The notes: generated by a model not told the origin, from the letters alone. Positions 1 through 8,778 are shown, counted from the stretch's first letter. The stretch: 42,126 nt of DNA from a virus (IMGVR_UViG_2541047766_000003); one strand, 5' to 3'. Translations and numbers: made by a program.

Positions 1-516
1 ATGAAATTTAAAAAATGTCTTCTGCCTGTGGCAACGTTAGCGTCATTCACTCTGGCAGGATGCCAGTCAAATGCTGATGATCATGCCGCCGATGTTTATC
101 AAACCGATCAACTGAATACCAAACAAGAAACTAAAACCGTTAATATTATTTCCATTCTTCCCGCAAAAGTTGCCGTAGACAACTCCCAAAATAAACGAAA
201 CGCACAAGCCTTCGGCGCGCTTATTGGTGCAGTCGCTGGCGGTGTTATTGGCCACAACGTCGGGTCTGGCAGCAATTCCGGAACGACGGCAGGTGCAGTT
301 GGCGGCGGAGCTGTTGGCGCGGCAGCGGGTTCTATGGTGAATGATAAAACCTTAGTGGAAGGTGTTTCTTTAACGTATAAGGAAGGCACCAAAGTGTATA
401 CCTCCACCCAGGTGGGTAAAGAGTGCCAGTTTACGACAGGTTTAGCCGTTGTTATTACCACGACGTATAACGAAACGCGTATTCAGCCAAATACGAAATG
501 TCCTGAAAAGAGCTAA
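1..516 (+). CDS. Glycine-zipper lipoprotein (SlyB/YcfJ-like), probably host-encoded
   Basis: ATG at 1; signal peptide with lipobox LAGC; Gly/Ala-rich glycine-zipper stretch (GALIGAVAGGVIGH...). Family assignment from memory. Confidence 0.6.
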   Translation: MKFKKCLLPVATLASFTLAGCQSNADDHAADVYQTDQLNTKQETKTVNIISILPAKVAVDNSQNKRNAQAFGALIGAVAGGVIGHNVGSGSNSGTTAGAVGGGAVGAAAGSMVNDKTLVEGVSLTYKEGTKVYTSTQVGKECQFTTGLAVVITTTYNETRIQPNTKCPEKS

Positions 517-531
517 TGATCAGGAGGAGTC

Positions 532-1071
532 ATGAAGAAAGTTTTTCTTTGCGCCATCTTAGCCTCCTTAAGCTATCCGGCTATCGCCTCATCATTGCAG
601 GATCAACTCTCTGCTGTCGCAGAAGCGGAACAGCAAGGTAAAAATGAAGAGCAAAGGCAGCATGACGAATGGATCGCGGAGCGCAACAGGGAAATCCAGC
701 AAGAGAAGCAACGTCGCGCAAACGCCCAGGCCGCCGCTAACAAAAGAGCGGCAACGGCAGCGGCAAATAAGAAAGCTCGTCAGGATAAACTGGATGCCGA
801 AGCCACTGCGGACAAAAAACGCGATCAAAGTTATGAAGATGAGCTACGCAGCTTAGAGATTCAGAAACAAAAACTGGCGCTGGCGAAAGAAGAAGCCCGC
901 GTTAAGCGCGAAAACGAATTTATCGATCAGGAACTGAAGCACAAAGCTGCGCAAACCGATGTGGTGCAATCTGAAGCTGACGCAAACAGGAATATGACTG
1001 AGGGCGGTCGCGATCTGATGAAAAGCGTGGGCAAAGCAGAAGAGAACAAATCGGACAGCTGGTTTAACTAA
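532..1071 (+). CDS. Secreted Lys/Glu/Ala-rich coiled-coil protein, unknown function
   Basis: RBS caggagg before ATG; N-terminal signal peptide; highly charged low-complexity body. Confidence 0.5.
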   Translation: MKKVFLCAILASLSYPAIASSLQDQLSAVAEAEQQGKNEEQRQHDEWIAERNREIQQEKQRRANAQAAANKRAATAAANKKARQDKLDAEATADKKRDQSYEDELRSLEIQKQKLALAKEEARVKRENEFIDQELKHKAAQTDVVQSEADANRNMTEGGRDLMKSVGKAEENKSDSWFN

Positions 1072-1118
1072 GCGATGTCAGTAACTTCAAGCCTATGATT
1101 CGTGAGTATAATAAATAT

Positions 1119-1143
1119 CCTCCGGCATAGCCGGAGGTTTTTC
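1119..1143 (+). terminator. Rho-independent terminator after 532..1071
   Basis: Hairpin cctccggc-atag-ccggagg followed by tttttc. Confidence 0.5.
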
Positions 1144-1149
1144 AAATGC

Positions 1150-1862
1150 GCCTATAAGGCTCTCTTACCAGCCGCGCCCTAACAGGCGCACACGATCTGA
1201 CATTTGCATCCAACTTCGTTACTTACGGCCCGTAAACGGGCTGCCCGGATAGGGAATCGATAACTGCTCTCCCATTTTATCCTCTTCAAGCTGGTGCTTT
1301 ATGTAATCCTGTATCTTCGCCGTGTTCTTACCCACTGTATCGACGTAGTACCCTCTGCACCAGAACTCCCTGTTCCTGTATTTGAATTTCAAATCACCAA
1401 ACTGCTCGTAAAGCATCAGACTGCTTTTCCCTTTCAGATATCCCATAAACCCGGATACGCTCATTTTAGGCGGGATCTCCACAAGCATATGGATATGATC
1501 TGCACAGCATTCAGCTTCCAGAATCCGTACGCTTTTCCACTCACACAGCTTTCTCAAAATACTGCCTATTGCTCTACGCTTCTCTCTGTAGAACACCTGT
1601 CTTCGGTATTTTGGCGCAAAAACTATGTGATATTTACAGTTCCATCGGGTGTGCGCTAAGCTCTTTTCGTTCCCCATTGGGACCCCCTTTTGATTTCTTG
1701 TTTGACACTTGCAGTTGCCAGACCGCAAGGTGTTTTAACAAATCAAAAGGGGTTTTAATAACTGGCTCAAAGCTGAAAGCTTTCCGGAACCCCCAGCCTA
1801 GCTGGGGGTTTTCTGTGCACAAAAAACCCTCTGTAGTAACAGAGGGTTTTGTTCATTCATAG
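1150..1862 (-). mobile_element. IS200 (IS200/IS605 family) insertion; boundaries approximate
   Basis: Contains a tnpA whose product matches IS200 TnpA as recalled; two hairpins upstream of tnpA (aaaaccctctgt-agtaa-cagagggtttt and cccccagcc-tag-ctggggg) typical of the IS200 left end; size ~0.7 kb. Confidence 0.75.
1219..1677 (-). CDS. tnpA: IS200 transposase TnpA (Y1/HUH type)
   Basis: 152-aa product MGNEKSLAHTRWNCKYHIVFAPKYRRQ... with HxH motif (ADHIHMLVEIPPK); start chosen at internal Met of the track ORF 1219..1728. Confidence 0.9.
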   Translation of the reverse strand: MGNEKSLAHTRWNCKYHIVFAPKYRRQVFYREKRRAIGSILRKLCEWKSVRILEAECCADHIHMLVEIPPKMSVSGFMGYLKGKSSLMLYEQFGDLKFKYRNREFWCRGYYVDTVGKNTAKIQDYIKHQLEEDKMGEQLSIPYPGSPFTGRK

Positions 1863-1976
1863 TGCAGGGTCAAATCATTCCCACTCAATTATTTACGGCA
1901 CGCATAACCAATTGACTGGTAACAACTTTCTGTAACCTGATTTTCACCGTACCGTTTTATATACCGTCACCGGAAA

Positions 1977-2474
1977 TCAGTGCCACGATTTTTGCTTCTT
2001 CAGTGAATCGTATTGCTGCTCGCAGAATTCCCCTGCGATACGATACTTTTCAGCCTCAGCTGCTGTTGCGTTGTAAACTCGGTTGCTTTCTTCAAGCATG
2101 TCGGCGAGCACACCGATGACCTTGCTGGCTGGCGTGCCAGGGGGGAAAGATCCGGTATAGTGTTCGGCGAGCCGCCTGGTTTTGTCAAGCTCGGCGCGCA
2201 TGCTGTCAGCAGCGGAATTAGCATACTCAGCATCAGCACGCGCCGCATCGATACGGGATTGTGCTTCACGTTCAATTTGTGTTTTCTCCTGCTCACGCTG
2301 TGACCTTAACTTATCATCAGCCTGTTTCTGATCTTCCTTCGCCTGCGCATACCCGGCATCGTACTGACGGATGCCGTGCACATTCCAGGCAACAACTCCT
2401 GATATGACCAGAACAGCAAGCACCGCCATGATAATCAACTGTTTCCGGTATGCTTTTACGAATGCCCAGATCAT
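1977..2474 (-). CDS. Rz: Rz-like i-spanin
   Basis: N-terminal TM helix then charged coiled-coil body; start overlaps endolysin stop; contains an embedded +1-frame lipoprotein ORF. Confidence 0.7.
   Translation of the reverse strand: MIWAFVKAYRKQLIIMAVLAVLVISGVVAWNVHGIRQYDAGYAQAKEDQKQADDKLRSQREQEKTQIEREAQSRIDAARADAEYANSAADSMRAELDKTRRLAEHYTGSFPPGTPASKVIGVLADMLEESNRVYNATAAEAEKYRIAGEFCEQQYDSLKKQKSWH
2000..2248 (-). CDS. Rz1: Rz1-like o-spanin lipoprotein embedded in Rz
   Basis: Embedded ORF with signal peptide and lipobox LLTAC, Pro-rich mature part; start set at internal Met (MRRVLMLSM...). Confidence 0.5.
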   Translation of the reverse strand: MRRVLMLSMLIPLLTACAPSLTKPGGSPNTIPDLSPLARQPARSSVCSPTCLKKATEFTTQQQLRLKSIVSQGNSASSNTIH

Positions 2475-3100
2475 ACCGCCAGCACCTTACTGGCATTGAT
2501 GTATCGCGCGCGCCGGTCGTCGATGCCGTTCCGGCCACCATTGATAATCAGAGTTACACGTGCAATATCGCCGGTATACTTCATGCATCCTTTGCTGGCA
2601 AAGAACCACGCCGCGCTACGAGCCGCGTATTCGTCCTGCGCCAGCAGTTCAGGACTCTCCAGCAGGTCAACCTTAAGACCGTTTCCACAGTCACGATAGT
2701 TATTCAAACCGGTAACCTGGATAAGCCCGCGCCCACGGTAGTTCCAGCCATCACCAGGGGCATTGTTCCCCATGCGTTTGCTGTACACCAGATTGGCAAT
2801 CGCTCTCTGGCGCTCAAGTGGCAATGGTGGTTCGCCTGCACGTCGCCCCAATGCGTTGGCCTGTCCCTGAGTGAGACGCCCAGCCCGAACAAAGTTAGCC
2901 AGTCCGCTGACGCTGTAGTTGAAATTCTCCTGCAACCGGGTGAAGCCTCCAGACTCATGCCCGACCTGAGCAATAAACATAGCCTGATCTTCTGGTTTGC
3001 TGATACCAAACTCTTTCATCGCAGAAGTTATATGCGAGAACCAGCGTGCGGCCAGTGCCTCGCTGATACCAGCAGCTCGCTGGAATTGTTTAATCTCCAT
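2471..3100 (-). CDS. Endolysin, glycoside hydrolase family 19 (chitinase-like)
   Basis: [20 protein letters not shown]...[12 protein letters not shown]...[12 protein letters not shown]; resembles the SPN1S/epsilon15-type endolysin as recalled. Confidence 0.9.
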   Translation of the reverse strand: MEIKQFQRAAGISEALAARWFSHITSAMKEFGISKPEDQAMFIAQVGHESGGFTRLQENFNYSVSGLANFVRAGRLTQGQANALGRRAGEPPLPLERQRAIANLVYSKRMGNNAPGDGWNYRGRGLIQVTGLNNYRDCGNGLKVDLLESPELLAQDEYAARSAAWFFASKGCMKYTGDIARVTLIINGGRNGIDDRRARYINASKVLAV

Positions 3101-3398
3101 GTTTAGACCTCGATACTTTGAAAATTTGAACGACGTTACCGCGCGTTTTAATAACCGCAGCTAGCATGACAGCGTTGATAATGACCTCAGATAAATCCAC
3201 AGCCATTGGCGTACGTAACCAGATTGCATAGGCGACACGAACAGGAATACTGGCCGCAGCAACAATCAGGAAATAAGCAAGCCATCCTCCCCACCTTCGG
3301 TGTTGAGAGCCGTTACGCCGGAATGTGACAACGCGAATTGCTATGCCAGTGCAAATAACTGCATTGGTGATAAGCAAAAAAAACTCATGCGTTACCAT
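3090..3398 (-). CDS. Putative holin (small multi-TM protein)
   Basis: Hydrophobic segments, charged C-terminus, immediately upstream of the endolysin. Confidence 0.55.
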   Translation of the reverse strand: MVTHEFFLLITNAVICTGIAIRVVTFRRNGSQHRRWGGWLAYFLIVAAASIPVRVAYAIWLRTPMAVDLSEVIINAVMLAAVIKTRGNVVQIFKVSRSKHGD

Positions 3399-3798
3399 CG
3401 TCTTTTCTCCCCGGAATTAACTCGCGTGGATTATCGGAACGGTGATAGAGCCATATACCAATACGCACAGCGACAATTGCTGACACGAATGCGCCTGCAG
3501 AGAAAACAATCCCTTCTTCAAAAGAGTCCTGCGTGATGGTAGGGATCAGGCTGGCTATGCCGATAAGAATTGATGCTGCTGGTTTGTAAAAGAGAAGGCC
3601 GCAAAGAAAGCTGAGCATCGACAGGAGCACCCGGCGACGGATGGGGTACTCTACTGCAGAGGTAACAAAAATTACCGCTCCAGCCAAAGCACCCAAAGCA
3701 ACCTCAGGAGGAACTCCTGCTATCACCGCCGCCAGAGAACTCATGCTAAGCCACTGATTTAAAGTTTCACTGGTTAGTTGAGCTGACATGTTTTCCAC
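3385..3798 (-). CDS. Putative holin/antiholin-like membrane protein
   Basis: Several predicted TM helices; first gene of the lysis cassette. Confidence 0.5.
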   Translation of the reverse strand: MENMSAQLTSETLNQWLSMSSLAAVIAGVPPEVALGALAGAVIFVTSAVEYPIRRRVLLSMLSFLCGLLFYKPAASILIGIASLIPTITQDSFEEGIVFSAGAFVSAIVAVRIGIWLYHRSDNPRELIPGRKDDGNA

Positions 3799-3991
3799 CG
3801 TTTATATGCATAACAACCTCCTGAACAGTAAAGCATTACGCATAATAAACCATTTATGGTTTTTTGTTACTTTAACATCGTCAATTCCCTGTTTTTCATG
3901 CCGAGAATAAAGCTCACCTTTTACATGACTCTGAAGAAACAAACAGTGAAGAGCAGGTTGAATACCGCACCATTTAATGGCGCGGTAGCAG

Positions 3992-4288
3992 TCAAATAGA
4001 GAAATAAACACAAAAACAAAAAACAACAGGAACAGCAAAATCCAACAGACTTCCCACATCCCACACGCGTGGATCAAAACCTCCCCACCACGGCATGTTG
4101 ATACGTTTCCCTTTCCCAAACTTTTCTATCCAGCGATATTCTGCCTGGGTGTGTTCACGCGCAATGAAGAACGTACAACCGGCTATCGCACCGTAAGCCC
4201 AGTTTCCGGTAAAAATACCAACCAGTACCTGAGCCGCAAAAGCGCAAAGCGAGTGAAGAAATGGAGTGACATCAATGCTCTTAATCAT
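3992..4288 (-). CDS. Small membrane protein of unknown function downstream of tailspike
   Basis: ATG overlaps tailspike stop (ATGA); 2-3 hydrophobic helices. Confidence 0.4.
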   Translation of the reverse strand: MIKSIDVTPFLHSLCAFAAQVLVGIFTGNWAYGAIAGCTFFIAREHTQAEYRWIEKFGKGKRINMPWWGGFDPRVWDVGSLLDFAVPVVFCFCVYFSI

Positions 4289-6474
4289 GAAACTTCCCCA
4301 TTGGTTGAAAATATGGCTCCTCCAACGCCAAGTGTATTTCGTGTTGTGCTCAACCTCAGAGGGCTGGAGTCAGAATTAGAATATCCTGTAGCAGAAATAA
4401 AAGATCCTCCACTAATAGTCAACTGCGGAACATCGGCTATATCTGAATAAGTTCTGTCAGCAACAGTATTATTTATAGCCACATATGATCCAAAAAAACT
4501 TCTTATTGTTTGGTTTTTAACTTTACTTCCTTCAATGGTTATCCTACTACCACAGTCGGCAATAAATCCTGAATCTGCATCCAGCGTTGCATTCATAAAA
4601 GAAGCTTCAGATCTCTCTACATCAATCCATCTAATATCTTTTGTGGGATTTGCACCAAATACATGACAAATATTAGAGTTAAACCTTACACCATCTTGGA
4701 GGTGCATTAATTTTTTTATATCTGTACCCCATAGCCTTGGAAAATTAACAGATGCTCCTGCATGGCAATCAAATCCCAGCTCAGCCCCTGAGATATCTAC
4801 AGCCTTTCCTGAAATAACAGCACCAGTGTCTGCATTAACGGCTGTTCCACAATTGCGCATATCATTACCAGCAACATCAACGCAACCCGCACCATCAATA
4901 CGCACACCAAGTGCACATCCATAAAAACCTTTTTCAATATTTGGTTCAAGGACTTTACCACTTGTTTCTGCATCACTTTCTTCAACGTCATGTCGTCTTG
5001 CATCAACATATGCTGTATGAATGCAGGTTAATCCACGATATGAGCAATGTATAGTTTTATGGTCGCGTATATTAACATTTGAACCATCTCTTACATTCCA
5101 TCCTATATAACAATAGCTTGCACTTGACCCCTGAAAATCTGCTTTAACATTATAAATACAATTAACTGACGCAACCGTACTCTCTGTGCACCGTTCAAAC
5201 TTGCTTACAGGCATTGATGCCTTGACATTATTTACCAGTTGCAGGGAAGAGTATCTGCTATAAGAAAAATCACATACGTAATACCCTTCTGGCATATATG
5301 CAGCAACACTTTCCTCATCAGGAGCACATCCGGTATGATATGCACTAATTTTTGCACCAAAACTACCATGAATTCCAACGTAGAACTTTCGAGCACCTGA
5401 ATACGGATAGAAATTAAGTTCAGCTTTTTGAGTTACAATAAATGCACAAACATCGCTATCATCTCTATTTTCTTCGATCTGAATAGCAAATACAGGACTT
5501 TTTGCTGCATCGCAAATGTAAAATAAATACTTGTATTCGTAATACGTTCTAACGATTTTAGTAAACAAACGAGTGTCAGAGAAAACCACTGAGTCTTCTG
5601 ATGTTATTTTAATCCAAGACAAATCAACACCTGAACTGAATTCAATTTGATAGTTGATAATATGCCCGGTCTTAATTCTTATTTCGCAGAAAGCATTACC
5701 ACCATCCCACATAGGCCTCATTGACTGGGCTGCAATGATTGCATCTTTGAGTGTAGGGTAATCACCCCATTCGCCAACAGTAATAACAAAAGTATAATAT
5801 GAGTTAAAAACAGCGGCATTTTTGCCTTTGGATATCAACTCCTTAATCATAAAAATATTATCTTCGTAATCACAAGGAGAAATTATATCCCTCATTTTGC
5901 TTTGAAATGTTCGTTGTCTTGCCCCGCTTCCTGACGGTATAAACCAACCAAAACCACCAACAACCCCGGCGATTGCAGCATCGACATAATTACGCATTGA
6001 GCGATTATTTACAGCGTCCTGCTCAAATGATGGATCTGCAAGGTTAGAAATTTTGTTTTGCTTTGCATCGTAATATTTTGCAAGCAAAGATGGTTTCATC
6101 AATGCACGTCTGAACCACCCAAAACATCGCTGGATCAGCATCGTCAGGTAGTCAAATGCATCTTCATGAACTTCGGGGAAAAATTTTCCCTGATTGCGAA
6201 GATCAGTCTCCTGCACCACATCAAGCACACGCTCTATCGTAATTCGCCAGCCAGCAGCAAGCGGCGACGGGAGAACCACTTCACCGCCACTATAAGTGCC
6301 CGCTCCAGTTACCTTATAACCGGTATCCAGAACCAATTCTGTTACGTTCCCGTTCAGGTCAGACACCTGAACAACCAGGTCGGTTTTTTTGAAAATACGG
6401 AAGGTATACGGAAATGATGTCGTAGCTCCGTTACCAGTGTATTCGTTGTGGTCAACTTCGGTTGAGACCGTCAT
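4285..6474 (-). CDS. Tailspike / tail fiber with conserved N-terminal adaptor domain and beta-helix-like C-terminal receptor-binding domain
   Basis: N-terminus MTVSTEVDHNEYTGNGATTSFPYTFRIF... typical of enterobacterial tailspike N-domains; C-terminal two thirds Gly/Asn/Ser/Cys-rich repetitive and AT-rich. Confidence 0.85.
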   Translation of the reverse strand: MTVSTEVDHNEYTGNGATTSFPYTFRIFKKTDLVVQVSDLNGNVTELVLDTGYKVTGAGTYSGGEVVLPSPLAAGWRITIERVLDVVQETDLRNQGKFFPEVHEDAFDYLTMLIQRCFGWFRRALMKPSLLAKYYDAKQNKISNLADPSFEQDAVNNRSMRNYVDAAIAGVVGGFGWFIPSGSGARQRTFQSKMRDIISPCDYEDNIFMIKELISKGKNAAVFNSYYTFVITVGEWGDYPTLKDAIIAAQSMRPMWDGGNAFCEIRIKTGHIINYQIEFSSGVDLSWIKITSEDSVVFSDTRLFTKIVRTYYEYKYLFYICDAAKSPVFAIQIEENRDDSDVCAFIVTQKAELNFYPYSGARKFYVGIHGSFGAKISAYHTGCAPDEESVAAYMPEGYYVCDFSYSRYSSLQLVNNVKASMPVSKFERCTESTVASVNCIYNVKADFQGSSASYCYIGWNVRDGSNVNIRDHKTIHCSYRGLTCIHTAYVDARRHDVEESDAETSGKVLEPNIEKGFYGCALGVRIDGAGCVDVAGNDMRNCGTAVNADTGAVISGKAVDISGAELGFDCHAGASVNFPRLWGTDIKKLMHLQDGVRFNSNICHVFGANPTKDIRWIDVERSEASFMNATLDADSGFIADCGSRITIEGSKVKNQTIRSFFGSYVAINNTVADRTYSDIADVPQLTISGGSFISATGYSNSDSSPLRLSTTRNTLGVGGAIFSTNGEVS

Positions 6475-6578
6475 GTTAAATCTCCAGATAGTCGCAGCAC
6501 CCGTTGCGCCGCATATCTGGTTATTCTATTACCTGAAAAACCACATATGGATAGAAAGACTATAAATACCAATAGATA

Positions 6579-6593
6579 TTACCTTTCGGGTAA
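6579..6593. promoter_or_regulatory. Operator-like palindrome TTACC-TTTCG-GGTAA
   Basis: Same 15-bp palindrome family as the OL/OR sites; lies in the divergent tailspike / small-gene intergenic region. Confidence 0.5.
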
Positions 6594-6630
6594 TTTGCAA
6601 AACGTGCTGGATAGCAAACAAATTATTTGA

Positions 6631-6650
6631 TACTGTATAAATATACAGTT
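6631..6650 (+). promoter_or_regulatory. LexA (SOS) box
   Basis: tACTGTataaatatACAGtt = CTGT-N8-ACAG with AT-rich spacer, 20 bp before the ATG at 6670. Confidence 0.7.
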
Positions 6651-6669
6651 ATTGCATGGAGAAGATAAG

Positions 6670-6927
6670 ATGCAGCAGTATCACTATCCACTGGAAGACG
6701 GATTTACCGAAAGGATTCACACGCCGGGAGGCGTCAGGTCACTGGTGGAGGGATCGCACTTGATGAAATTACTCCGGGATCTCGATAAGGATGGATTTAA
6801 TGTCGATGGCCCACTTGCCGAACTGACTGCACTGATTAACTACGTCACCAGCTCACAGATGTCTATGCAGGATCTGCAAACACATCTCGACTATTGTGCC
6901 GAACAATTACGAAAACAAACCACATAA
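6670..6927 (+). CDS. Small protein (85 aa) homologous to C-terminal domain of the Bro-N protein; candidate SOS-controlled antirepressor
   Basis: RBS ggagaag then ATG; ...LMKLLRDLDKDGFNVDGPLAELT...DLQTH aligns with the C-terminus of 8075..8770 (...LMNLLNQLQDDGHDVSGAAAELT...DIQTH). Confidence 0.6.
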   Translation: MQQYHYPLEDGFTERIHTPGGVRSLVEGSHLMKLLRDLDKDGFNVDGPLAELTALINYVTSSQMSMQDLQTHLDYCAEQLRKQTT

Positions 6928-6932
6928 AGAAA

Positions 6933-6950
6933 AGGCCGCTAGAGCGGCCT
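6933..6950. terminator. Hairpin terminator between convergent genes
   Basis: aggccgc-taga-gcggcct; T-run follows on the minus strand. Confidence 0.5.
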
Positions 6951-7677
6951 ATCGTTTCGCTTTGTGCTCGTCCCAGCACGTTTTACACCATGCCATTAAG
7001 CCATCCGCATTTTGATTATTAGGGTAAAAGCTGGTTCGTTTTCTGCGGACATTACAAATTGGGCACCACTTCATATGACGTGTATTCTTTGGGCCATCGA
7101 GACACCTTGCACACCACTTAGTCAATCCATCTGGATTTTTTGACGATTTCCTGAACTTCTCATACGGAAGGTTTATTCTGCATCGCAAGCACTGCTTGCT
7201 ACCACTTGAAACTCTGTTAGCTGATTCTTCTTTTGGCGGCGATACAGAAGGTATTCTTGCTGGCTCTGATACTGCCTGAGGTGCTTTTTTAGATGACTGA
7301 GACGATATGTCATCACCAGGGAATCTTCCATGATATGCCGGAGGCGTTGACACTCCAGGTGGAAGCTCAGCTGTAAACGGCTTTGGCTGAATCAGTTGCC
7401 TCTCTTTTGCTAACTCCTGCTGTTTATAATATGTCTGGATTACCGCACTATCATAAGCAGGAGGTGCGGAAATATTAGGCGCATTACCTCCAGTTTTTTG
7501 AAACTGAGTAGAGGTGTGTTCTATCACCTGTGTACGATTAATCGTTATCTCCCCATCTTCGGTCTTTATCGTTTTGTTATGATTAACGACCGTACGATCA
7601 GAGATCTTAGTCTTGTTCTGGTTGATAACGTAAATAATCACCGCAACCACACCAACAACTATCCAGAAAACTTCCAT
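6949..7677 (-). CDS. Membrane-anchored protein with two PPAY motifs and a tandem C-terminal zinc ribbon
   Basis: N-terminal TM helix (VFWIVVGVVAVIIYVI); APPAY and TPPAY; four CxxC pairs (CLRC, CARC, CPIC, CKTC). Confidence 0.6.
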   Translation of the reverse strand: MEVFWIVVGVVAVIIYVINQNKTKISDRTVVNHNKTIKTEDGEITINRTQVIEHTSTQFQKTGGNAPNISAPPAYDSAVIQTYYKQQELAKERQLIQPKPFTAELPPGVSTPPAYHGRFPGDDISSQSSKKAPQAVSEPARIPSVSPPKEESANRVSSGSKQCLRCRINLPYEKFRKSSKNPDGLTKWCARCLDGPKNTRHMKWCPICNVRRKRTSFYPNNQNADGLMAWCKTCWDEHKAKR

Positions 7678-7697
7678 TGCTTTTCCTCACAATAACA

Positions 7698-7712
7698 TTA
7701 CCTTAAAGGTAA
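7698..7712. promoter_or_regulatory. Operator-like palindrome TTACC-TTAAA-GGTAA overlapping the promoter of 6949..7677
   Basis: 21 bp upstream of the minus-strand start; TTGATC -35-like element upstream on the minus strand. Confidence 0.5.
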
Positions 7713-7790
7713 TATCTTGCTTTCAGGTGATCAAGCGCTAAACGCCACCAACCAAATACGGTTGATTTTTATATACCTCCGCGCTTATCA

Positions 7791-7805
7791 TTACCTTTGC
7801 GGTAA
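7791..7805. promoter_or_regulatory. Operator-like palindrome TTACC-TTTGC-GGTAA with rightward promoter (TTGATT-18 bp-TATCAT)
   Basis: -35/-10-like hexamers immediately precede the palindrome; would transcribe toward the Bro-N gene. Confidence 0.45.
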
Positions 7806-8074
7806 ATTTACATCGCACTCCTCTTGTGTCATAGTAATCGGGCACTGGAAAAATCCAGTGCCGGGATTGGCGTCCCGGATTACTAAAAGGCGCATTCACC
7901 GCGCAAGCGGTTTTTTTATGCGTATAGCACGGCCACATTCGTATTATGGTGGGCTGTGTGGGGGCACCGAAAGGTGCGCCGGGTCCTTTTAGCCGGTTAC
8001 GCCAACCCTGCACAGTTCACCACCAACCGATTGGCGTCGGTAGTGGTGATTAACCAGACTAAAAGGTAACCACT

Positions 8075-8770
8075 ATGACAGCTACAAAAAGCACGTCCAT
8101 TTTTTCTTTCGAATCCCAAGCCGATATACGGGTAATCGTCATTAATGGTGAGCCATGGTTTATCGCTTCAGATGTTTGTCGGGCTATAGGCATAGCAAAC
8201 CATCGAGATGCTGTTCGAAAACTTGATGATGATGAGAAGGGCGTCGCTTCAACCGACACCCCTGGCGGTGAGCAAGAATCGATCATCATCTCCGAGTCAG
8301 GCCTCTACACACTGATCCTCCGCTGCCGCGATGCGGTGACACCAGGCACTATCCCCTACCGCTTTCGTAAATGGGTTACAGGTGAGGTTCTTCCTCAGAT
8401 CCGCCGCACCGGAAGTTACATTAAAAACTCGCTCCCGCAGGAAGAACGCATAAAGATGGTTGCCGACCAGGTAGCCAACGCCACGGCGTCAGCAGTAATG
8501 CAGGCGATGAAGATAGAGAACAAAACCTACAGCGCCCCGCTGAAGCCCGGCTACCGTAGCCTGATTCACTCGCCGTCTGGTGTTCTCGGCCTGACGGAAA
8601 ACTCACTGCTGATGAATCTGCTGAACCAGTTACAGGACGACGGGCACGATGTATCGGGCGCGGCGGCGGAGCTGACCACCATGTTCTGCTACATCGTCGG
8701 TGTGAGCAAATGCCTGCGTGATATCCAGACGCACGCGGAGTACATCAACGACAAAGCAGGGTTCTTCTGA
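8075..8770 (+). CDS. Bro-N domain protein, antirepressor-like
   Basis: N-terminal Bro-N signature (FSFESQADIRVIVINGEPWFIASDVCRAIGIANHRDAVRKLDDDEK); C-terminal domain is paralogous to 6670..6927. Confidence 0.8.
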   Translation: MTATKSTSIFSFESQADIRVIVINGEPWFIASDVCRAIGIANHRDAVRKLDDDEKGVASTDTPGGEQESIIISESGLYTLILRCRDAVTPGTIPYRFRKWVTGEVLPQIRRTGSYIKNSLPQEERIKMVADQVANATASAVMQAMKIENKTYSAPLKPGYRSLIHSPSGVLGLTENSLLMNLLNQLQDDGHDVSGAAAELTTMFCYIVGVSKCLRDIQTHAEYINDKAGFF

Positions 8771-8778
8771 CGGGCGGT

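Noticed and set aside
1-1071. Treating the two left-end genes as phage cargo
   Set aside because: They lie beyond the lysis cassette and IS200, have their own terminator and ordinary secreted-protein features; more likely host genes, though this cannot be proven without the att sites.
3802-4119. 105-aa ORF overlapping 3992..4288 and the lysis-cassette upstream region
   Set aside because: Overlaps a better-supported gene in another frame, Cys/Phe-rich odd composition, no RBS.
3992-4288. Lambda S-like holin assignment based on an LLDFA motif
   Set aside because: Similarity limited to a 5-residue patch; kept as generic membrane protein.
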